Positions 50,488 through 64,000 of a DNA stretch of 64,000 nucleotides are shown one piece after another. Numbering within the stretch: the first letter of the stretch is position 1; each line of letters starts with the position of its first letter. This DNA comes from Iphione sp. A-MEVVRFRX5 (Eukaryota): NCBI GenBank assembly GCA_976226885.1, contig OZ320316.1, positions 57,846,001 to 57,910,000 of the forward strand, written 5' to 3'. The notes beneath the pieces were generated by a model that was not told the DNA's origin, made no database searches, and saw nothing but the letters and a program-made list of their open reading frames with translations. The translations under genes and the position numbers were made by a program.

Positions 50488-52313
50488 AACTGTTCAGGTA
50501 ATAAAAGTTGATTTCATCTAGTACAGTAATATCCATGGTCACATAAAGAGAGGATGTGAGCAGAACATTATAGTGAATACGGTAAATTGGCAAAAGTGGT
50601 ATGGATAAAGATACTGATGAGTCATGGAAATATAATTTTTGATGAATATCAGAACGATACGAAACATTCAAGGTGCCAAATATGCTTGAAAATGCGTCAA
50701 GGAAAAACATAGGAAAATTGATATAACAACAATAAGACATATTAGAAACAGGACGTAATTTTGTGTCATCATTATGCAAAGCATATACATCGTCACCATC
50801 TACTGATCTCGCAAACAATCTAGCAAAACATAGTATATATGCGTCTTCGTATACAGGTGAATATTATAGCCTCAGTTGCACCATGCGGAAAAATCACTCG
50901 GTAACAAAGTTGTTTCCTAGATTGTCTATCAGTTGTCTCGTTTCGTGAAGGAATCACACAGATGCAAGTTCGAAACACGCGTGCATTTATTTGTCAACAT
51001 GTCAGCTTTTTGTATTAGGGGAAGGCCGAGTCGGGTCGTTTGCCATCAGTAAACCACTGGGGCGTAGGAGGGTCACTTGTTTAATCACAACGAATCAAGT
51101 TATTTCCCCCCCCCCCCCAATCAGAAAATCTGAAACTCCATATTACACCCAGCCTCCAAGCGCATTTCAGAGGAACGATGTTTCAGAGCATATCTTCGTG
51201 CACCAAAGTCTATAATTCTGTTGTAAGTAGTCTAAGTAACTACTTCATACTACATAAAACACGCCTGTCGTGGATCAGTACTCGACAGTCTGCCAACTGT
51301 GAGGAAGTTTTCGGACCTACTCAATCATTCTGAGCTTTCTTCAGGTTCTGTGAAAAATTCCCTTCTTCTAGATCCTCTGAAAAATGTCCTCTTTTCCATA
51401 ATTGTTGGGTCCTGTACAGTAAGACGAAAAACCTTTTTTCTGTTAATGCCACTGCTCCAGCCAGCTTCCATGGCTCACACCAGGGCAGGAACCTATTGTG
51501 ATTACAGGGCATGGGACCTATTACGGGGTAGGCTCTGAGCAGACCTTGGACTCCTTACCATATTCCTGGAATAGATATGGTCTATCTTTCATCCTTGTTG
51601 TCTTTAGAATACTGTCCCTCAGACTCAACGAGCCTGTAATCGCAGACATTATAGAAATCTGCTGCTACAGACCTTGTATCCTTATCTTACCAGTGGGGCC
51701 GGTAGAGGTTTGAATTTCATATCATTTACAAGATAGGGAATATCCGTTAGTACTTTGCTCACTTATTTACAAGGCGAATGTTATAAGGCTAGAGAAGAGT
51801 GTATTAAGGAATCCCTTTTGTGGATATATGTGTGAAGAGAGACACAAACACATTTAATGAAGGCACCTACAGCTGGGAACCTACTCAATCTTCCCACCAC
51901 TCAGAATGAATACCAATGTTTTAATCTGAGCTAAGTACATGTACATGTAAAATGACGAATCCCCGAGTTGTTCAAGACACCGCTAATACTTAATAGCTGA
52001 TGCCCTTTCCAATATCATGAAACTATATATTTTTATTGAACCAAGACCTTACGTTACGGCGTTACGTTCTTTGTAAAGCAGCGCTTAGTCTAATAACCCA
52101 GCGATTATTCCATTGTGCGGTGAATATGTCAAACTTGGACCATAACTTCCACACTTTATGACACCATTTTGTCCGGAGGATTCTTGCTGACTGAATTACT
52201 CTTGACGGAATATGATAAAAACATAGTATCAAACTTAACAAATAAAGACACATCTGTTAATATAGAAGGGTTGACGATGGTATTAAATTAGAGTAGTATA
52301 CTGAGGGGGGTAC

Positions 52314-52730
52314 TTATTCAAATGAAGTGTTGGGAAGCCATCCTGGAATGCGATTAGGTCCTATTGTAAATGCAAGAAAAGTACCATCTTCAACGAGTCC
52401 CTGTCGAGAGCACCACTTGAAATATGACCTGGTTAATAGAGCATTCTTCTCAGAGGGGAACATAATCGTGTTACCGCTGAAATTAATAAACATACATGTA
52501 TTTGTATCCAACGGTCTGGCGAAATAAATGAAGTCATCTATAGTTGGTGTCACTTCAGTTCCTCGCATTAGACACAGTAAACAAACTAGTTCCTCACCAT
52601 GTGAGAAATCTTCCAGAGCATACTTCAATTACCCTGGATTTATGCCCCAAATCATGAGACTCCGTGCCTTTCTGGATGGTTTCCTTTCAACTGATTGTAT
52701 GGACGGCGAATCTTATGTAGAATGATTACG
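52314..52730 (-). other. Coding-like segment of unknown identity (one internal stop near 52630)
   Basis: 104-aa ORF with protein-like composition. The same register is open on the opposite strand (52327-52725) apart from one stop. Confidence 0.25.
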
Positions 52731-55486
52731 ATATCAAACTTTGGTTTTGATAATCATCATGAACGATATTTCGGTATTGTAATTAAACCAGCCATACTGG
52801 GAACTTAGAGACACAGCGAAATTATCAATCCACCTGATAACATGGCATCCTTTCAACAAATGCAAGAACAGAATGCCTAGTCACGTACTTGCATCCTTTC
52901 AACAAATGTTAGTTTGTTTTCCTATCGTCAGTTCCTCACAGAGCGCATAATGATGCATAAGAGCCCCAAATCAATACGTAGTTAAATAAATTTGCAGAGG
53001 CATATATGTGGTACTGCGTTATAAATATCTGCAATGGGCAATTGAGTTCCGAAGGTTTTATTCTGTACCATTTGCTCTCTAAGCATATAAAGGAGGTCGA
53101 AATATTCCACATTAATATCCTTTAATATAATGTCTGCATGTGCAATACATATACCTAAGACCGTATAACAGGTATTAATCTAAATAGCTCTAAGGTTGTG
53201 GCGCCTCTTGATAGTTATAGACAGAAACTTACGTTCGGTAAACCTATACGTTTTTAAAATTCACACATCTATCTCAACATCAATCTATTTTCTTATGTCG
53301 AACATGAATATGCGTAAGGACCCACTTCTGGCACGTAGCTAAACATGCAATGTAGAATTATCCCCAGAAGGGAAAATTCGTGCCTCTTTTGTGACCTCGA
53401 CCCCTCACCCAACACAAGTCACTGGGGAACAATTGCACTTGCACTTCAATGCACAAAGGTCTTTACACAGCCGACAGATGCTTTCCTTGAATCGAAAACG
53501 TGTCCACATCGATGGTACCACAAGGTCATTACATTCACGATGAAATTACTTTCTGAATAGTAGAAGAAACAATCGCGCCATAGAGGGTTGCTCCAATGGG
53601 ACAGATTTCTGTGATAATTCGAAATATTTCTATTGGGGAGGTAACAAACATATCACAGTTCCGCTGAGTGAATTTGTTGAATGGCACAATACAAATAAGA
53701 ATCGAGCGTACACCGTTTTTTCCGACTTGGATCTGACCTCTTTGTTTGGGGTAACCCCCGAGTATATTTAGGAGCCTAATTTCTCCAATATCAGTTACAA
53801 GACATCACGAAGAAATCCTTTGTTATATATATTGTGGAGATGGTCATGACACCATGACCATCTGCTCATATAGGCTATACTCTGTGAACCCTATAGACTC
53901 AATGAGTGGTGGTCGCACCATGGCCAAATTTAGGCAAGGAGTGTACTCGGTGAATCTGATTTGGTTTAGAGTTGACCTTGGATCCTGGATTTCTCTTGAT
54001 ACATTGTATATATATTTTTGTGTAGGTCCCTGGTAAACCCAGCCATCTGATACTTTCTAACTAACCTCTAACAGCTGATTGGTGCAGAACATTCCATTTG
54101 CCTTAGAAGAGCAACACTGTGTCAATTTTATTCTATACTTGATACAATTGGATACATCTGATGGTCACATGATATTCATGCCTACCATAAATATGGGCCC
54201 TGAGTGGCCAAGGAACATCAGTCAGAACTACTTTATGGAACTTGTTCCTTTGATACCTCACTTGGCTTATCCCACATCTTATTACAATATCGTTATATTG
54301 TTTGGCACTGTTCATATATTTTTGAAATTGTTCTCTTTATTTCATCGATGATATTCTAAAATTAGGACAGACCATTTGGAGATTGAACTCGGAATTTAAC
54401 CTTCATTTAAAGATGCAGTTGTCTATAGTAGAGTGTTGTTCTTAACAACTACTTGCTCTAGATAGAGCTAAAACCTTTACATTCACATCAGTACCTAAAG
54501 ACGTGTCTGAGAGGACTGAAAGCTGGCACCATTCCACGACCTGAATAAGCCAACTCCCTATTGTTTCAATCCTGAGTTGTGCCTCTGTGTTCTCCCACCA
54601 GCTGGACTCTGCGATCTGAAGTGCAGCTGTTAATATATAAAGATGCCATGTCTTTTTGTCGATATTTGACCTGATTTAATAGAAGGTCTAAATGATACGA
54701 TTGAATTAATCTATGAAAATATATATGAACGGGTCAAATAGTACACGATCATTTACGGATGCTGAAAAACAAGTGACGATACTAAACAACAGATTGCTTC
54801 ATAGGTGAGCTTGTTGTTTTTCTAGGTGTATCCACACAGTGCGTTTATTCTCCATTTAAAGATCGACCATAAAAAATTAGAAAATATTAATGTAATTCCA
54901 TTTTGGTTCAGATGTTGATAGGCACTAGTGTACCTCAGTGGTTTACCCTTGTGCCATAGACAAATCTAGGCCTAATCGTTCATCTATGTGACATGACTTA
55001 GTGGTCCTTGTCAGTTGATAAGGTCAGGGCGTTATGATGAATAAGTATCAATATGTACGAGGGTTGTCTTAGCATATACGTTAGATGATCGCCTACTACG
55101 TATGGAAGTGAAGAGGCATGTTTACACATTATTATTTCAATGCTTAATTAACTTGTGGTTTGGCGTGTTTTACCGGCCTGTTGCTCTGAACAACTGTACG
55201 CGTCGGAATATGCAGCGTTTTAGTTCACAGCATATTTTTTTCATTGAACATAAACTGAATATAAACTGCGAAGGCTTTGTGTCATTGGTGTTTCATTGCT
55301 TATCGGGGTCTGGCGTGCATGTATATTTAACACCGCAGGTAAATTTGATTCCCAATGAAAAGGTTGCATTTCTACTTTTAGCAGCCATCCGTATGGTGGT
55401 GTAGTATGATTCAACTGTACCATCATATGCAGTGAAACAAATTATCCTGCCGCTGAAAAAGCAACCTGTACATACAATTTTCATAC

Positions 55487-55732
55487 CTACGAGGTAACAA
55501 AACAATAACAACATCAGTGGACATCTAGGGACTTGGTAGCTGAAGGTCTCTGATACGCTGTCAAGCTTGTAAGGAATCACCGGCGTCTCAACAGAATAAT
55601 TCATCATGTTGCAAACTGTACTTCTCACTCCTATGCGCAAAGCATTTCGTGTTTTCCACTCATTAGCCATACTGATACAGTCAGAAAGGCGGAGTCGCAC
55701 GTACTCATTTATCGCACTCCTGCCCAACTGAT
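55487..55732 (-). CDS. Candidate symmetric (phase 1-1) 246-nt exon, unknown product
   Basis: Long polypyrimidine acceptor TTCTGCTTTTGCTTCCTTACACTTCATTTTCAAG, 82 open codons, donor TAG|GTATGA. Confidence 0.3.
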
Positions 55733-57554
55733 CTTGAAAATGAAGTGTAAGGAAGCAAAAGCAGAACTATGGAAGTTATACGACTAGCTAATCAAATGAC
55801 AGAAAAAAATGTATTATTCTTCTATTTTCTCGTGTTTATATGTGTAAGTTCTGCATGCCCAATGGAAAGGCTTACAGATATTCGACGCATCTTGTATGTA
55901 GATGGGAAAGCCGTCGACATTGTCAGATTTTGATGAGACAGTGCTGTGTGTAGATGTAGACTATGCTTATTCGCTAATCTGTATGTCTATAGCTTTCTCT
56001 GTGACGTCTCCTGAGGAATGAAGTATTTTTCTCTGCTGATGTTATCTTTTGTTGTTATTGCCATGCACCCACGAGGAGCCAATGCGACAGAGAAACGACC
56101 CATAACCGTGTATTACAGAGTTCTAGGGCAGATTATGCACATTATGTTTAAAATTCATTACTTGTAAACGACAATACCTTACACTATGCCAAACTATACC
56201 CTGAAAGATACGCTCCTTGTTTAGATACGGCCAAAATGCAGATTACATTTGCACCATCTGCATTTTGACAGCCACCTTGAAGTGAAATCGCCACTTGTAA
56301 ACTACTTCGTATTTCCTCGTCTATATTTTCCAGTGCAGCAAGCACTTGCACCTTCATCAGCAACTTCTTCATATTAAACTGTAATAAGAAGACACAGGGT
56401 AAGGCACAGTGATTTCTACAGATGATAAATGCTGATGACTTACAATTCTCTCGAAACTGCGATAGCTGTCTTTCCTTCGAGTTGTTGTTATGATTTCGGG
56501 ATACATCAAAGTGGCGAGTTAACAACGCGACCTGTGAGAAGCAGTGGGACGACAGAGACAAATATGTGTTATACATTACCTGCAGGCACATTCATATTTT
56601 GCACAATAATTGCCCTTCCTTTCCTGCTAGGAACAGTATGATTCTCCTGGGATCCTCATTATATGCCGTTTGCTCAATTTAGTGTCCTTCGGTCGGTTGA
56701 GCATCCTATTAGGGGCACTAATAGGTTACAAAAGGGATGATTCGGGCACCACGCATACACCTAACCTCATTGTCAAGAGGCTCGATGAAAAATTGAGAAT
56801 ATATTTACATAGTAATACACATTGTTGATATCAAAATCAAAGGTAATAATGGATGTACTTCTGTGGAAAATTCATTTTGAAAAGAATATTGCCGGAAGGA
56901 GAATGCACTATAAATCTTGACATTCAATAGTTCTGAAATGTTCACAGTACTATGCATGGTTTCTTTTTACAAAATTAAATATATTAGGGGATGCGGTGAA
57001 TACTTAGGAAATACGGATCTACACTAGGTGTAACTGTGTGTACATTAAGCATGTCATTTACAAAAATGTGGCATGTGCGAAATGTGAAATAGTCCGGTTT
57101 TTACAGCAACTTATCAAGTGGCCATTAGATCAACAAAGGTTTGTGAATCCATGGATTTCTGTCTATAGGCCTATTCATCTTTAACATCTAGATAACTAAT
57201 GACCTACATAAAATGGAGTATCAGGAATCAGGATACCGTAAGGGCCTACCTGTCTCTTTCTCAATTTATCTGCGCATATACAGGTATATCCATCTTCACG
57301 AATCCTTGGAGAATGCAGGCTCCTTATAACGAAGCTGGCTTTCCCTGTTCATTTTGACCTGTGGTCACTTTTTTGAAAGTATATTTTCTGAAGTCTCAAT
57401 TAAAATTGAGATGATAAACAAAGTAATATGCTTCTATAAGAATATTGGATTTATGCATATATTTCAACTAAACAAAATATACCCCGATATCAAATGATTT
57501 CTCGAGGAAACAAAATCCGGGAACACATGACTTAGTTAACGGAGGTATACCTGC

Positions 57555-57580
57555 ATATATATATATATATGTATATATAT
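57555..57580. repeat. (AT)n microsatellite, interrupted
   Basis: Direct reading. Confidence 0.85.
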
Positions 57581-60500
57581 AGCTGCCGGTGTGAACCATA
57601 TATTTACATATATTATACAGTAAGCAAATCATAAATGTGAAGAACAGTGCAAAAAATGTTCTTATGGCTTTTGTGATGGTCTTTCATAGAAAGAGGACGT
57701 ACATGTATTTCCAAGCGGTTCTTTCAATGGGAAATAGAATTTATCCGATTGTGACTCAAACTGTCCTCAATTCTTGTCTGTCCTACAGGTAGCACCTCAC
57801 TGTATACTAAAGATGTAATATAGACTATGTGGAAACGTATGTATATGTACATGTATACGTACAAAATGTTTGTCAAGTATAATTGCATGACACTATATAA
57901 GATGAGTATGTATATTGCTGGTTGCTACACATGTGATGGTTACTGAATAAATTTAGACGTGTATCCAAAGTAACATATAACACTGTTTGTTGCTATGACT
58001 TGAACGATCTCTTCGGGTCGTAGAGCAAAAAACTGGCTGCGCGTCAAGTTATGTTTAGCGAAGGAATTCGCATATTCTCATTCGAGAGCCGAGAGAAAGC
58101 AAGGACTAATTGAGAGTTGGGCCTTGTAGTGCCCTCTACTTTCAAGACTGCGACTGTTTCTTCAACCGAAAAAGCTTCTTTTCGCCGGCAGGGACGGAGG
58201 CTGCAGCCGGCTGCTGAGCCGCGCGCCACGGGTGCTGCTCTTCCCATGCTGATCCTGCCCAGTGCACCATTGAGGCGGGCACCGTCCGCTGCCTCTTCTC
58301 AACCATAGCCAGTCGACCCTGTGAGCTGCTCCGCCGTGCCCGACCGTCAGGCGGGGGAGGACATGATCGCACGTGACCGACTGAAGACACCGTCAGTGAG
58401 GAGGACTGTGCGCACAGACTGACAAGTGACCGAGTCGAAGCCTACGTTGATGAGCTATGGTCGTCGCCGAAACCCGCCGCTTCGAGAGCTGCTGGGGCTA
58501 CATGGCGACTGGCGCAGTCTAAAGTAGAGGAACGCGGCATTAACGGAGGCGGTAACGGCGATTGTGAGCAGGAGCGGCGGTGTTGGCAGAGGCAGTAGCA
58601 GTGCCGCCCGTGTGGCCACGGGTGCAGCTGCTAGTCGTGCTTGTTTGCGGGAGGGAAAAGGGAGAGACAGGGACATCACTTCCAGCAAGCGCCTAGCTAC
58701 CGAGGTGACCAGTTCAAGCGGAGGCTTTACAATTGCTGACAGAGCGAGAGGGGTGAGACGAACGCCGGAACAGCCTGGGGCACAGATGGAGCGAAAGCAA
58801 CAACAGTCGGTACAGATCATGTGTCAAAACCATTGAGGATCTGTTACAACTGCCAAGTACTTTCAGGGGTTCTCGAGGAGTGCGATAAAAATCAGGTAAC
58901 TACACGTTTATGTTGCATATACGCCTCTTTGAGCACTAAAGCAGTCATGTCTCGTATACCTGTTAGCGGTAATGTCTGTAAAGGGACTACGGAGCACTCC
59001 CCATCAGGCATACTGATCAGGGTCCTCATGATTCTCTCATGTACTCACAGGTCACTTAGCGTTGTGAGATTTCAAAGCGTAGCACGCAAATGTGTCGGGC
59101 TAGCGCCGCTCGGCCATGAGCCACCAAGTAAATAATGCATGCAAGAGGGAGGCGCTTTTCTTCATGTTCAATGCACTACAGTCTATCTTAACTCCAGCAA
59201 GAAAAAATACGTATCAAAAGAACTACACCTATATACATCAGGGGTAGCGATGGTGTGTGTATGTGTGTGTGGGGGGGGGAGGGGTAGTCCACCTGTATTG
59301 TTTTGGTCGACGCCCCCGCATCATGGTCGATGGTTGAAATAGGATCTGTCAAATTTAGGAGGTAATAGTTTCTACACAGGATAAGGCTATACAAGCTGAT
59401 CCAAGGTCGACCCCGCCTGTAGTGAAATACCTAACTTAGTAATCATTGGAGAAACCAGAGGGCGTGGCATGGCAGACCCGCTGTGGACGTCGCATCGACA
59501 CATTTTATGTCAGAAAATTGGACCCCGCAGCCTCATTCCAACGGTTATGTCTGGAGAGCAAAATACCTTAAAAATTGTATTGTAGTTTCGGTCCATCAGT
59601 CATGTCTGTGAACTCGAGTGGTCTTAATGTTCGAAGGCAGGTAATATTATAGTATAAGGGCATTTTGCTATGTCAGTCAATGACCTTCTCCTTGCAGCAA
59701 CCCTCTTTGTATCCCTTTGTTTTTACTTGGAGTCGATTAAATAAACGGTAGAGTGATGAGATTGATGGTTTCAATGGTGTAATGTCGGAGAATATATAGT
59801 ATATCAGAAAGAGTTCTTCACCAAATTACAACATGTAACCTTGAGTTGATGACATCTAATAGGTATATACATAGAGAATATCTAAATATGTAAAGTGAAC
59901 GGCAAAAACCAGAAACGCTTTAGGATTCATGGTGTAGACATGAAAGGGAAAAAAGGGAGGAAGGAAATCTATGTAACGAGCGAGGGAGCACTGATTGTAA
60001 ATGGATTATACTACAGTAGAGCTCAGGAACAAAGAACCCTTGATAATGTCCCTACTGTGTAAGTGACTAGCTCTCACCGATAAAAGTGGCACAATTTGTC
60101 TGCAAGCACGATCATTACAAGTATAACTGCTGTTGCAATAACACCACGACCACTCCACTCCATTTTCTTTGCAAGGAAGTGTTGCTTAAAGCCAGCCAAA
60201 AGAATTCATCCTGTTTCTTCATTGCATGCAAACTGGTAACGACATTATGAGTGTGACGTCATGTTATGCTTTATTTAATAAGCGCTGTGGTCCCATTTGT
60301 GCACATCAGTCCGATCATTAAATATTGGAGTTGTGTCTGTGCAATTCTCACAATTCACATTGGGGATGCTGTCCCGGGATGAGCACCTAACTGCATAAAT
60401 CTGAACAGTGCTACGTCAGGCTTTTACTAGAGGCAAGGGGCTTTGAGGCCACGCGGACTACATCATAGAATATCTGCCTTTGGCTTATCAGACGCCTGGG

Positions 60501-61460
60501 TGTTTAGACACTACCACCACTGGCATCTGATAACGCGTGTATCTCACTGGCCGGGCCAACTGACATTACATTTATGATTGAGTTGGGATTGGCCGGTAAA
60601 GGAAGCAGTGTAGCTGGCTTTAACAAAAAGGAATAAAATCGAAGAAACTCTGGCATAGTGTCGATCATAAATACAGCAGCGTTCTGCATGTACTGTTGCG
60701 ATCGAACACTGATGTTATCATCCAGACTGAGCCATTTAACTTCCTGGTAGTTTTTGTTCCAAATGAGACATTTAAGAATAAGGAAACTGTGATTAGTTAA
60801 GCAATTATATAATGGGTTAGCTTGTAGACTGAATAGATCAATGCTCAATGGATGACTGAAAATTTCCGGCAGTTAAATCAAGAGCTATGGTTGGGTTTGT
60901 CTGAAGCTTGCACTAACGTCAGGTAGAATCTATGAATTTATGCGTATAGAAAGAGAAACTAATCGTCAGCTTTATTAACTAGTCAAATGTCGAACACGTT
61001 AAAAGATTATGTCAAATATATACTACGATAATAAGCGAAACGTGTCAGCCCTGAAAGGTAGGTTACTGAGGAATTAGAATTCATATATGAAACATAGAAG
61101 ACTAGCAGCACTTGATACATGTACATGCATTATAGATTCATGAACATAGATCAAAGACAGCTCATGAGTGAACTTTACCTGTGGTTTGTTCCCTGCGTAT
61201 GCATTTACAGTCAAATGCTGCTTTGAGACTGTACCATTTAGCAACAAAAACCCAATAGAATTATTCTCTGCTGACATGTGCAATCAAATGTTGCTTTACA
61301 ACCATACAGTTTACGGACCGAACCAGCCTGTGACCACACGTCTTAGGGTCTTTCAATGAAACTTGAGTATCACTATAAGGGCACAGGTGTTAGCATAACA
61401 TCTCAGATGTCCATGATGAAAGTGTCTAAAGTGCAATCAGAGGTGTTAGTGTGACCATAA

Positions 61461-61616
61461 TTGGTAGGTTTATACCATGACTTGGTGGATTTATACCAGA
61501 AATTGGTGGATTTATACTTGCATATGACCACTTTTAGGACTTTTACTCTTCAAATTTACTGTTTTTTTACCTTAACTCAAAATCACTGCACTTTGGACCT
61601 TTACTTATCAAATTCT
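61461..61616 (-). repeat. 21-bp tandem x3 plus inverted relative of the 31-bp minisatellite at 28897
   Basis: TTGGTGGATTTATACCAGAAA x3. The reverse complement of 61528-61616 contains AAAGTCCTAAAAGTG and AGAATTTGATAAGTAAA. Confidence 0.6.
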
Positions 61617-64000
61617 ATATGCCACCAAAACCATTAATGCAACCAATTAAGCTTGGATTGGGTAGGTGGTTGCAAACAGGCATTCGACTGTAGTTTATTC
61701 AGTTAAACGTGAATGAGACAAAATAAAATATTCCTAATATATATCTTTGTGTGAAAACATTATAGAAATAGAGCAGACACTAAAACTTACATTTATGATA
61801 AGTCGACATGAATAGGGTAACCATACAAAAAACTGTATGAATTATGCGCAGTTACTTTCCTAGTTTAACCATGCGATCTCCATCCCTGTTGTGCGCTGAC
61901 ACATGTAAGGGAAACTATAACATATGCATCCATATACTGAGCAGGATAAAGCAGTCTGAATATACGCAGCATTCAAACTCTTGCATTAGCAACTTGGAGA
62001 GAAAATGATAGGGGTGCATGAGCGATCCAGGCTTACTAATCTCGCTAGTACCTTTCTTACGCTGAATATAATGATGGATTGCATCTAAGAGTGGGGCATG
62101 TCGCAGTCTCTCCTTGAGCTTCGCTGCAATATTTTACTTTGTTGGTCATGAGGGCGAGGGCAAATAGGTTTATGGGACCTAAAGTATTATGTCGAACTCA
62201 CTTAAAACTTGCCATGTCACCAGCCAAGTTGGCCTGCGATGCAATCATCTCTTCCGAATATGTATATTATTTTAGTGGAATACATTTATCATGTAGAAAG
62301 TCAACTATTTTCGTCTTTTCTTGACCAAATACTCCACGGTTTAGTCACGCAGCAGGTGCACACGTCTTATATCTGAATTCTCTCCATAGATCGAAAGCAA
62401 TTTTTAGTCAGGTCTATATATCTCCATGGTGGAAATTCATTATCCGCACTTAGCATAATAATTCATTTAATAACATAAAGTTGAAAATTACGTACAATTT
62501 GCAAGCATTTTCTTCCCCGCTTTATTAGATTAAAAGAGAATTTTATGTTGAGACTTCGATGTACCACATTGAGTGTTAATGTAGACTACTTGTATAGTTC
62601 GACATAATAAAACACGTGAACCACCGATTCTCTGGCGCTTTCCCTAAGGGAAACTGAGCAGGTGGTGTTGTTAATGAATCGTGACCTAGTTCTAATTATT
62701 GTGTCACATACAATGACATTCAGAGAATGCAAATAAAAAAGAGAAATGTGTATTCTTCTGTGGAGCAGCAAACCTCCAACAAGAAGTATGTGTAATGTAA
62801 ATGTACACAATGGTGAGATGAGAGAAGGATTAATTACATGTGCGATGATTACAGGAGGTAAAACTGCGATGAAATGAAATGAGTCACGGTGTGGCTTTTT
62901 TTAATTTACATAATGATAATCCACCACAAAAATATATATCGACACGGGTTTAGTGAATCTCACGTGACCTCTGCACAGTGTTTTTTTATCATGTGACACG
63001 TCAGAAATGATAATACATGTACATGTTTAAGGTAATAATTAGCAATCATGCCCTGTAGAGGTTGACCAGGAAAGTTTGATAGTGTAAAGGTATATATTTT
63101 CCGCTTAATATCATTAACAAGCTGCCAGAATGAAACAACACGCTTGCGACCGTTATTTTCGGGCTTTCTCTGAGGTCATAATAGTTTGATTTAGTTCGGA
63201 CACCTGTGGATGGAGATTAAAGAGCCCGCATTATTTGTCTCGTTAATTCCCGCGGCACGTGCTACTCAACGAGAGGCCGTGCTAAGGGGGGGCGACTCTC
63301 CCCTTGGAGACGTTGGTGAAGTGAATAGCAGATTTGGAGGCGTCGTTCAGCAGAGCATTTGACGCCATCGGAAGGCCAGTGGCTTTAGGTGGTGCCCGGG
63401 TGATGGACAGCCTCAGAGTCTGCTCTTCGCCACCAGCCTTATAGACTTTATTTCTGCTTGTGTCTTCAAAGTTACATTACTTACCATATTTGGGGAAGAT
63501 GGGAGGGGGGGGGGTACAGCATCCGTTATGAAGATGGATCCTTTATTGGGAATGTAACTGATCACGTAAAATTTGTAGTAACCATAAAGTGTCCGAGAAC
63601 ATTCTTAACCTTATATTAATGTAATCATATTCCCCTCAGTGAAAGCTGAACTGTTACGTTTAAATATGCATCATTCAGGGGTGCTTACGGAAAAAAGGAA
63701 ATGAGGAAATTATACTCAATCGATAAAGAAAGCAACTAAGTTCCCATCATTAGCTTGGAGATCAATCTAACATCATGGCGAAGTAAAACTCCTGACGTGT
63801 TTCCTTTTTACGCCGTACAAAAAGTAAAAAAATGGACGTTTTAGACCAGAGATCGACCCGAGAGAGCGTAATTAGTTGTCACGTACAGATGTCTTTGTGC
63901 AATTAGCAAACCAAAGCACCATTCAAGGGCTGCTCAGATAATGAGATGATTTTTCTAGTGAGGGAGCCAGTACTGTGAAAATTAAATGTCATATCGGATC

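Noticed and set aside
54920-54960. A-box-like CTCAGTGG suggesting a tRNA or tRNA-SINE
   Set aside because: No B-box and no cloverleaf.
58448-58475. TTGATGAG..CGAAAC hammerhead-like spacing
   Set aside because: The essential C3 is absent and stem II does not pair.

Overview
Animal genomic DNA, inferred to be from a marine invertebrate. It is AT-rich, dominated by repeats and contains no host gene I can identify. Bases 1-~11.3 kb are a decayed Ty3/Gypsy LTR retrotransposon (protease, RT, RNase H, integrase, probable 3' LTR). Its RT is split by a 5.5 kb minus-strand non-LTR (LINE-like) insertion, 1928-7430, with a degenerate ~20 bp target-site duplication and an AATAAA/(ATCAA)-type tail. This insert is the main finding. 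Its decayed ORF1 reads L1-type coiled-coil/RRM-like region, then a complete NADAR (YbiA/DUF1768-like) domain, then a non-catalytic SGNH-esterase-like region. It is followed by an RT ORF with no recognisable APE endonuclease in front of it. A second, diverged RT of the same family lies at 27.3-28.6 kb. The window also has a solo LTR with a perfect CTAT TSD (12152-12429), three further decayed APE/RT LINE remnants, TA-flanked MITE-like elements and microsatellites. Several patches carry A-tracts phased at ~10.5 bp, and CpG-poor and CpG-rich blocks alternate. A few candidate exons and promoters have no assignable product. No rRNA, tRNA or CRISPR array was seen. All domain calls are by-eye motif recognition; no database search was run.
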